DNA from: Candidatus Iainarchaeum sp.
GTDB taxonomy: Archaea > Iainarchaeota > Iainarchaeia > Iainarchaeales > GCA-2688035
Reading direction: 5' to 3'
Assembly (NCBI GenBank): GCA_028713935.1
Contig: JAQTNI010000029.1
Location: 7,535-18,253 of the forward strand
DNA length: 10,719 nt
Below, piece after piece: positions 1 to 6,139 of this stretch. A program made the translations under genes and the position numbers. Below the pieces are notes generated by a model. It did not search any database. It saw only the letters and a program-made list of their open reading frames with translations, and was not told the DNA's origin. Position 1 is the first letter of the stretch. The number at the start of each line of letters is the position of its first letter.

Positions 1-2045
1 TAATTAGTAGCATCTGCGAAAAGTTTTGAATCTCCAAAATCAACTATCTGTATAATTGATGTATTTTTTAGAAGGCAGTCTCTTGTTTTTTGTCCATATC
101 CCGTTTTCATAAATTTGTTTGAAGTTATATATCCTAAATACGCTTTAGGTTTTAGCAATTTAATTCCAAGTTCTATGAAATAAACATACAAATCTGCGCG
201 GCCATCATAAACACTAGGGTATGCTTTTTCTAATTCTTTTTTGTTTTTTACTGCTTCTTGGCGAACATAAGGCGGGTTTCCTACTACGAAGTCGTATTTC
301 TTTTTTTTGAGTTCGTCTATTTTTGTTTTGTCTTTTGCAAGGCTTTGGCCTGTGGAAGTGTAAAAGTTTGTTATGTTTGTTTGATTTGACGGTGTTTCCA
401 ATGAGTCTGTTTCGTAAACCTTGAACCTTGGGACAGTGAAGCTTGGGTTTTCTTTTATTGCTTTTGAATACAGGTCAATTATTTGGAAGAGAAGATTCAT
501 TTCTGTGATGTTTACTGCAAAGGGGTTAATGTCAAAGCCGTGAATGTGCTCTGCTACTGACAAGATTATTTCTTTGCATTCGGAAGGGGTTAGTTTTTCA
601 TATACTTCCGACCAGCGTTTATTGTCAAGTGCTTCTTTTGGAGTTGCTTTGCCGAATTTTACTGCTTGCCTTGCAATCAGCCTTCTTGCAGCCCGAACCA
701 AAAACCCTCCAGAACCACAAGCAGGGTCAATCAGGTCTTTTTCCTCTATTGCTTTGTTGGGAACAAAGTCAACAGAATCTAAAATGTAATCTATTACTTC
801 ATCGGGGGTGTAAAATTCCCCTAGTTTTTTTCTTTCTTCTTTTGGCAAATATTTTTCATAAAGTTTTCCCAAAATATCCCTGTCTACTTTTGAAAAATCA
901 AACTGATTTAACAGCCATAAGACTTTGTTTAATGCTTTGTCCAGTTCTCCGTTTCCGCTTTCATACCAGTCAAGCGGATTGTTCTTTTCATAAAAATGAT
1001 AATAGATTTTTTGTGCTCCGGAATAAGAAAATAGTATTATCTGCTTGAATACTTCGGAATCTCCAACAATTGGTTCGCTTAGTTCTTCTCTTAATCTTTC
1101 AATGCCGCCATTGGAGATTTTTTTCTTTAATAGCCCTTTATCTTCGCAGATTCTAATAAATAAAAGCCTGTTCAAAAGGGCATAAATTGACTCTTTGCAA
1201 AAAATTGGCTTGTTTTCTTCTTCGCTTTCAGGCCTGTTGGATATTGCTTTCCAAATAAAGTAGCCTGAAAATGGCGCGTATCTTTTGAATTTTCCCTCTG
1301 TTTTTAACTCAAATTTTGCTATTTCTGAAGCGTGCTTTGTATTTTTTCCGTTTTGTTTTTTTAGTTCTTCAAGTTCTCCGAGTGTCTGCTTATATTGCAT
1401 ATATCCAGCGTAATATTCGTCAAATGCGCCGTAAGTATATTGCCTCAACAAATCGTTTGAAATATAATTTAGCTGTTCGATCAGTTTTTTGAATCCGTTT
1501 TCTTCCGTAACAGAAATTGTCGCATAATACTCGTTAAATTTTGAATATTTTTTTTCGCTCCAGACTTGTTTTTTTGTAATATTTTCCAAGAACAATATTT
1601 GTTCCGTTTCTTTTGTCGTTAATTTTTCCTCGCTTGTTTTTTTATTGTCTATCAATGCTTTGAAATCAATGTCCGCTTTTAATTTTCTTTCTCCTTTTTC
1701 TATTTCCCAAAGCAAAAAGCGATATCCATTTGTCAAGCCAACAAAATTTGTTGAAGAATCAGCGTATTTGGCGGCTTCGTTCTGCCACTTTTCCGCGGCC
1801 AAATTTTCTTTTGGTCTTTTTGTTTCAATTACTACCATTCGGCGTTTGTTTTCGTCTAACAAGGTTATGTCTGTTCTGCCTCTTTCGAATATATATTCGT
1901 TTCCGTGATAGTCGAGGACTACTTTAATAAAATGGTCTACAAAGCGAGGGCTGAAATCGTGTTCGAGTGTTTCAATGTTTATTTCTTCATTTATTTTTTT
2001 GAATGCATTTAACACTTTTTCTACAAAACTTTCTTCTTTTTGCAA
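1..2045 (-). CDS. Type IIG restriction-modification fusion enzyme: an N-terminal HsdR_N-type PD-(D/E)xK nuclease joined to an Eco57I-family N6-adenine DNA methyltransferase. Partial; the C-terminal part lies beyond the left edge.
   Basis: Absent from the ORF track because no stop codon falls inside the window. My hand translation of the minus strand (codon first bases 2045, 2042 ... 5) is open for 681 codons. An in-frame TAA at 2072..2070 bounds it upstream. Motifs read: TDITLLDENKRRMVVIETKRP (D...ExK, 1818..1871), NFVGLTNGYRF, LLNRLLFIRICEDKGL, DILGKLYEKYL, GEFYTPDEVIDYIL, DPACGSGGFL (SAM motif I, 699..728), GFDINPFAVNITEMNL, DFVVGNPPYV (NPPY, 267..278), ADLYVYFIE, LGYITSNKF. I assign the start to TTG 2045, with AAAAAGG 7 nt upstream; GTG 2015 is an alternative. 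Confidence 0.8.
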   Translation of the reverse strand, partial: MQKEESFVEKVLNAFKKINEEINIETLEHDFSPRFVDHFIKVVLDYHGNEYIFERGRTDITLLDENKRRMVVIETKRPKENLAAEKWQNEAAKYADSSTNFVGLTNGYRFLLWEIEKGERKLKADIDFKALIDNKKTSEEKLTTKETEQILFLENITKKQVWSEKKYSKFNEYYATISVTEENGFKKLIEQLNYISNDLLRQYTYGAFDEYYAGYMQYKQTLGELEELKKQNGKNTKHASEIAKFELKTEGKFKRYAPFSGYFIWKAISNRPESEEENKPIFCKESIYALLNRLLFIRICEDKGLLKKKISNGGIERLREELSEPIVGDSEVFKQIILFSYSGAQKIYYHFYEKNNPLDWYESGNGELDKALNKVLWLLNQFDFSKVDRDILGKLYEKYLPKEERKKLGEFYTPDEVIDYILDSVDFVPNKAIEEKDLIDPACGSGGFLVRAARRLIARQAVKFGKATPKEALDNKRWSEVYEKLTPSECKEIILSVAEHIHGFDINPFAVNITEMNLLFQIIDLYSKAIKENPSFTVPRFKVYETDSLETPSNQTNITNFYTSTGQSLAKDKTKIDELKKKKYDFVVGNPPYVRQEAVKNKKELEKAYPSVYDGRADLYVYFIELGIKLLKPKAYLGYITSNKFMKTGYGQKTRDCLLKNTSIIQIVDFGDSKLFADATN

Positions 2046-2084
2046 AATATCGCCTTTTTTTACTATAACTTAGTTATTGGAACA

Positions 2085-2092
2085 TATTTTAA
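2085..2092 (-). promoter_or_regulatory. Candidate archaeal TATA box (TTAAAATA, preceded by an A-rich BRE-like AAAAAC) for the RM gene
   Basis: The minus strand reads atcAAAAACTTAAAATAtg. The element is centred about 43 nt upstream of TTG 2045, which would give a short leader containing AAAAAGG. This is a motif match only. Confidence 0.25.
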
Positions 2093-2117
2093 GTTTTTGA
2101 TAGTGCCCTGCCACTGT

Positions 2118-4871
2118 TTATTCGCCTTCCTTTATGAATTTTGTTTCAATTATTTTTCCAGTGTTTAATTCCACTATCGGGACAATTCCTGGTGTTGGAG
2201 TATGCCCAAGCTTTACCTGGTAGTTTGTTTGCGCCTGCCAAGTCCCTGAATTGATCACTTTTGTTCCCCTGTATTCCGCATAGTTATTGTGATGCATGTC
2301 CCCGATATAAACAAGGTCCGGCTCTTCCTTTATCACCATAAAATCTTTTTTTTCAGGAACATATGGATGGCTCATTCCATAGCTTGGCATCAAATCCCTT
2401 TTTTTCAATAATTCCACCATTGCCTCTGAAGGCCTGCTTGACTCAAGCGTTGAGGCATTGTCAATCAAGTCATGCAAAGAATCGCCATGATAAATGAGTG
2501 TTTTGAAGCCTTCTATTTCAAGCCAGGTTGGGCTTCCCAAAAAATGAATATTGCTGTATCCTTCCAAATCTTTTGTGAATTCTTTTGGAATTGCAGGCTT
2601 TGGGTCTGCCCATCTGACAGCATCATGCTGCCCAGGAATAATAAAAACTTCAATGTATTCCGGAATTTCTTTTATCAGCCTCCATACCTCTTCATATTGC
2701 TTTCCGATGTCTTTTATGTTAAGGTCGTTAAATTGTGTAGGGTAAATCCCAAGCCCATCACAATTGTGTACCACAATATTTTTTGTTGTATAAGAATTGT
2801 CGTCTGTAACTTGCAGATTGTATACAAATCCCTTATATTCCATTTTTTTGATTTCTCTGATGGGCACCAAAACAAAACCCTCTTCGAGCTGTGCATGCTG
2901 CCTTATCTTTCTTTTTCTTTTTTTCATGAACGGGTGCTTCCAATTCAAGATTTTGCTCATTCTCTCCAAATCTATTCCGCCAACCTCAACATTATATAAT
3001 GCATTTTTTCTTTTCCCTTGTTTGCCTGCGGTTGGAATTTTGTAAATAGTAGGCACGACTCCCAAGCGCAAGAGCAGTATTTTTATTTGCGCAACCAGTT
3101 CTGCAGAAGTGTTGCTTAATGCAAATTTTTGCTTTTTTATGCAGCCATCGCCGTACCAAACGCCCTTCACAATCTCTTTTTGCTGTTCCTTTGGAAGAAG
3201 CATGAATTCGCCTGGCAATTTTTTTCCTTTTTCTGAACTGAACCTTTTGAAAAATGCCGCGATTATTTTTGAGTGAACATAAATTTGGCAACCGTTGTCT
3301 ATTTTTGAATAGTTTCTTTTGGCTTTTACGCCAAATGTTTTTTTGAAGATATTTTCAACATCTTTAAGGCAGGCTTCTTCATTTTTATTGAATGAAAATA
3401 CCACTGTGCCTCTTTTTTTATTAAATTTTATTGAGCCTTCGGCAAGATAATATCCAATCAATCGCATTAAATCTTTTGAAATTTTGATTTTGTCAAATAC
3501 TTTTACTTTAAACCTGTCTTGCCTGAGAGAAATCAAATTTCCTTCTTTTTTTATTCCATTTTTTTTAAAAAGTTTTGAAAGTTTAAATGCAGGCATTTTT
3601 TTTTCTTCTGTAGGAAACGGAAAAATTGCATAGTCCTGTTTTTTTAATTCTCCTGCGGTTATCCATTCTATTTTATAGTTTCTGTAATGCTTGTAAAGGC
3701 ATTCTCTGTTGTAAGAGGCATATTTCTGCCTGATGCATGCCTTGTTGCAAATAGTGGTTTTTCCTTTATTTCTGGAACTTTTGTATTGGCAATGCTTTGT
3801 TCTAACCGCCAGAACCGGGTGTTCAGGGGTAATCCCAAGTGTTTCATTTGAGCCAACAGTTTTCAAATTTATTATTTTTCCATGAAACTCTCTTTTGAAT
3901 TTTTTGACAACTGGGCGGAACTGCCCTTTGTGAGTTAAAACATTTTCGCCATTTTCAATTTCAGAAATATTTTTTTCGCCGGATTTGCAGATTATTTTTG
4001 TGCCTGCACTAACGCAATTGTCGCCGCTTATTACCAAGTACTTTACTTTGCTTACTTTTTCCCTTTCCTTTTCGGAATCAATTCTCCCGTTAATCCATTC
4101 CAAAAAATCGTAAAATTTTTTTTCAAGGAACAATTTGCTTCCCATGTGAATATCGGAAGTTGAGGCAATTGAAACTTCGTCCGGAATTGTTTTTGTTTTG
4201 CGCAATGGCAGGTCTGGAAAAAGGATTTCTTTTGCAATAATCATTTCATCGGCAAACTTCACTCCTTTCACTCCAATCACATTGTCAGGTAAGATAAGCT
4301 CTGCAATTTTTGTCAGGACAGGGTCTGTTTTCATTATGAGCAAAATGCAGCTTGCTTCCTTGTCTTCTATCTGGAAAGCAATATGCCCGTTTTTAGTGAC
4401 CCATTTCTTGAAAACCATTGCAATGACATCAACCTGGTTGTTTTTGGGAATTTTTTTAACCTGGCTTATTGGCCTTGGCTGCAGAGTGTGCCTTTTTTTC
4501 AGCATTTCAGAAAGCAAATCAAATTTTTTTTGGAACAAGGCCAGAAAATTTTTTACTGTGCCTTCTGAATTGCTCTGCCCAGTAACATCGTATTCTGACA
4601 AAAACCTTACTTTTTTTGGCATTCCTTTCGCGTCTGCCTTAAAGGCTCTGTTTTCCACTACTGCCTTTGCCTCAAAAACCTCTGTTTTTGGCCTCTGGAT
4701 TTTTGCCTCAATGTCTTTTGCTTCCAGAACAAATGCATTCGGGTTTTCAGAGCGCCATTCTTCGATTATTTTTTTAAAATCAGTATTTTCAAGCAGTTCA
4801 ATTGCCCTTTTGTCAAGGACAATGTTTTTTTCAGCAGCAAATGCAACAATTCCCTCTTGACTCGTTTCCAA
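2118..4871 (-). CDS. polB: DNA polymerase II (PolD) small subunit DP1, intein-containing precursor (917 aa; about 499 aa after splicing)
   Basis: ORF-track protein. It has an OB-fold region (VDVIAMVFKKWVTKNGHIAFQIED). Calcineurin/Mre11-like phosphoesterase motifs are present: SDIHMGS (I), ISGDN//CDGLGIYP (II, interrupted), IIPGQHDA (III), LIYHGDS (IV), IGDMHH (V). The start is TTG at 4871, preceded by GAGAAAGTGG plus a T tract; there is no in-frame ATG before residue 84. Confidence 0.93.
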   Translation of the reverse strand: METSQEGIVAFAAEKNIVLDKRAIELLENTDFKKIIEEWRSENPNAFVLEAKDIEAKIQRPKTEVFEAKAVVENRAFKADAKGMPKKVRFLSEYDVTGQSNSEGTVKNFLALFQKKFDLLSEMLKKRHTLQPRPISQVKKIPKNNQVDVIAMVFKKWVTKNGHIAFQIEDKEASCILLIMKTDPVLTKIAELILPDNVIGVKGVKFADEMIIAKEILFPDLPLRKTKTIPDEVSIASTSDIHMGSKLFLEKKFYDFLEWINGRIDSEKEREKVSKVKYLVISGDNCVSAGTKIICKSGEKNISEIENGENVLTHKGQFRPVVKKFKREFHGKIINLKTVGSNETLGITPEHPVLAVRTKHCQYKSSRNKGKTTICNKACIRQKYASYNRECLYKHYRNYKIEWITAGELKKQDYAIFPFPTEEKKMPAFKLSKLFKKNGIKKEGNLISLRQDRFKVKVFDKIKISKDLMRLIGYYLAEGSIKFNKKRGTVVFSFNKNEEACLKDVENIFKKTFGVKAKRNYSKIDNGCQIYVHSKIIAAFFKRFSSEKGKKLPGEFMLLPKEQQKEIVKGVWYGDGCIKKQKFALSNTSAELVAQIKILLLRLGVVPTIYKIPTAGKQGKRKNALYNVEVGGIDLERMSKILNWKHPFMKKRKRKIRQHAQLEEGFVLVPIREIKKMEYKGFVYNLQVTDDNSYTTKNIVVHNCDGLGIYPTQFNDLNIKDIGKQYEEVWRLIKEIPEYIEVFIIPGQHDAVRWADPKPAIPKEFTKDLEGYSNIHFLGSPTWLEIEGFKTLIYHGDSLHDLIDNASTLESSRPSEAMVELLKKRDLMPSYGMSHPYVPEKKDFMVIKEEPDLVYIGDMHHNNYAEYRGTKVINSGTWQAQTNYQVKLGHTPTPGIVPIVELNTGKIIETKFIKEGE
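2763..4016 (-). mobile_element. Class 1 intein (418 aa, residues 286-703 of DP1) with an embedded LAGLIDADG homing endonuclease
   Basis: The insert begins with Cys (TGC 4016..4014) immediately after GDN. It ends in VVHN (AAT 2765..2763) and is followed by the +1 Cys (TGT 2762..2760). Block B is LGITPEHP. The two LAGLIDADG motifs are LIGYYLAEGS (3432..3461) and VKGVWYGDGC (3141..3170). Blocks F/G are FVYNLQVTDDNSYTTKNIVVHN. Removing the insert restores GDN-CDGLGIYP, which matches the DP1 GDxxDGxGIYP motif. Confidence 0.9.
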
Positions 4872-4875
4872 AAAA

Positions 4876-4885
4876 CCACTTTCTC
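4876..4885 (-). promoter_or_regulatory. SD-like element GAGAAAGTGG upstream of the DP1 TTG start
   Basis: It lies in the 19-nt gap between the UPF0147 stop (TAG, 4893..4891) and TTG 4871. It is nearly identical to the element upstream of secF. Confidence 0.4.
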
Positions 4886-4890
4886 GAAGC

Positions 4891-5160
4891 CTACTTTACT
4901 TTCTCCTTTAAAGCCTCGAGTTTGGATATTATCTGCCAGATGTCTGTCCTTGCATGCGAAGGCATGTTGATGTCGTTGCTTATGTCATCAAGCAGGTAAA
5001 TTGCGTTGCCAATGCTTGTTGCGTCAATTGTTTTTGCCTGGATTTTTTGCGCCGCATCCTCAACAACAGTCCTTATGTTTCTTGGAACGCTCCTGTCATT
5101 TGCAACTTCTATCATGAGCGCAATAGCTTCTTTTGCTTCTTTTTTTGTTTCTTCTGCCAT
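4891..5160 (-). CDS. UPF0147-family small archaeal protein (about 89 aa)
   Basis: The sequence ...VANDRSVPRNIRTVVEDAAQKI...AIYLLDDISNDINMPSHARTDIWQIISKLE matches my recollection of the UPF0147 signature (VPRNIR ... DPNMPxHxRTxIW). The ORF track starts at GTG 5166; ATG 5160, two codons downstream, is my preferred start. Confidence 0.7.
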   Translation of the reverse strand: MAEETKKEAKEAIALMIEVANDRSVPRNIRTVVEDAAQKIQAKTIDATSIGNAIYLLDDISNDINMPSHARTDIWQIISKLEALKEKVK

Positions 5161-5227
5161 GAACACCAGCTTTTTTTAATTGACAATCAGCGCCGAGCGA
5201 AAAGTTAAATTATCATCCGCGAGGCTT

Positions 5228-5251
5228 AAAGAAAATAAAACAGCAAAAGAC
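5228..5251 (-). terminator. Candidate oligo-T termination tract downstream of the 271-aa gene
   Basis: The minus strand reads cttttgctgttttattttcttt, about 40 nt after the TAA at 5290..5288. Archaeal RNA polymerase terminates at T tracts. Confidence 0.3.
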
Positions 5252-5287
5252 TTTTAAAGGAAAGCAAAATTGGTTTTGTGCTTGCTG

Positions 5288-6103
5288 TTATTGCCCCTGT
5301 TGCGTTTCTTCTATTGCATGAAGGCGTTCCCTGCTTTTTTCAATTTGGCGCAGGCTTGTTCCTGCTAACTTTGCAAGTTCCTGATTGCTAATTTCTTGGC
5401 CTTTTTTCAGCGCCCTGTTCAGAAAGTGAAGAACTTTAAGGTCAAGGGCAGCACGCCTGCGCGCGAAAAAATTTGTTTCAAGAGTTATTACTTGGCATCC
5501 AGTGCCAAACTGGGAATCATCTCTCTTTTCTATAATCTGAGTTGTGGAAATTTTTAATTTTGCGCCGTAAATTTTTGCGACTTGGTTTGCCTGGGTTGTA
5601 AGTTTTTCTGCAAAGTATTTTGCAAACTCCTGTTGTACGATTATTGCGCCCTTTCGGTTCAACAAAGAATGAATCAAAGTAAGCTTGAAATTTGCGCTAT
5701 ACATGAGAGGGAGAGGTTCGAATGAAAAGCTCCAGTCATATACTAATTTTCTTCTTGGGTATAATTGCATTGGCCTTGTTCTAAAAGAGCGAATTTGTCC
5801 AGGTCTTTTTGTGCGCACGAACTTTGTCATTGATTTGCCTGCGTCTGTATAATGGACTTCGCATTCCTGTGCTAATGCCTGCGCCACATCCCCAAAACAA
5901 CCTGCAAAAACCAGAACTTTTTCTTTAGGTTTAATGCCAACTTTTTTTAATAAGTCCTTGTTTGCTGGAATCAATGCTTGGTGCTTAAATGTTCCTGAGT
6001 CTGCTTTCCAGATTTCTTCAGATCGTGGCTTTCTCCGCAAATTTGGGAACTTTTCCCCTGGTTTTCTGCGTTTCAACCATCTCAAAGGGTTGCCAAATGC
6101 CAT
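5288..6103 (-). CDS. Hypothetical protein: basic N-terminus, class I methyltransferase-like Rossmann core with a degenerate motif I, and a C-terminal helix-turn-helix
   Basis: ORF track, 271 aa. KVLVFAGCFGDVAQALAQECEVHYTDAG resembles motifs I and II of SAM methyltransferases. YDWSFSFEP and LNRKGAIIV resemble motifs IV and post-V. The C-terminus ISNQELAKLAGTSLRQIEKSRERL is HTH-like. I recognise no named family. Confidence 0.6.
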   Translation of the reverse strand: MAFGNPLRWLKRRKPGEKFPNLRRKPRSEEIWKADSGTFKHQALIPANKDLLKKVGIKPKEKVLVFAGCFGDVAQALAQECEVHYTDAGKSMTKFVRTKRPGQIRSFRTRPMQLYPRRKLVYDWSFSFEPLPLMYSANFKLTLIHSLLNRKGAIIVQQEFAKYFAEKLTTQANQVAKIYGAKLKISTTQIIEKRDDSQFGTGCQVITLETNFFARRRAALDLKVLHFLNRALKKGQEISNQELAKLAGTSLRQIEKSRERLHAIEETQQGQ

Positions 6104-6120
6104 GCAATAGAATAGTCTTT

Positions 6121-6132
6121 TATTTTTAATAA
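6121..6132 (-). promoter_or_regulatory. Candidate TATA box (TTATTAAAAATA) for a leaderless or near-leaderless transcript of the 271-aa gene
   Basis: It is centred about 23 nt upstream of ATG 6103, within the 36-nt gap after the Nog1 stop. No SD-like purine block precedes the ATG. Confidence 0.3.
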
Positions 6133-6139
6133 TTGTTCC

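Noticed and set aside
544-1927. Plus-strand ORFs of 65-139 aa (544..789, 629..1048, 1645..1908, 1730..1927).
   Set aside because: They are antisense to the RM coding frame. They are Leu/Phe/Ser-rich low-complexity translations typical of the reverse strand of Lys/Glu-rich AT-rich genes, and they have no recognisable motifs.
1-2070. The absence of any long ORF in the track suggested a pseudogene, non-coding DNA or an alternative genetic code.
   Set aside because: Hand translation shows one minus-strand frame open over the whole interval, with intact methyltransferase and nuclease motifs. It is missing from the track only because it has no stop codon inside the window. All other genes read normally with the standard code.
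2101-2117. Short inverted repeat (AGTG-ccctgc-CACT) just after the DP1 stop, considered as a terminator hairpin.
   Set aside because: The stem is only 4 bp with no following T tract on the transcribed strand, which is too weak to call.
4198-4860. 220-aa plus-strand ORF inside DP1, together with 2472..2999 and the other short ORFs overlapping DP1 and the intein.
   Set aside because: It is antisense shadow of a confidently identified gene. The composition is Ser/Phe/Ile-rich low complexity, with no start context.
5184-5218. C/D-box-like elements on the minus strand (GGATGATA ... CTGA) in the intergenic region upstream of UPF0147.
   Set aside because: The C box has a mismatch (GGAUGA, not UGAUGA). 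The C-to-D spacing of about 22 nt is too short for a two-guide archaeal sRNA, and no C'/D' boxes or terminal stem are visible.
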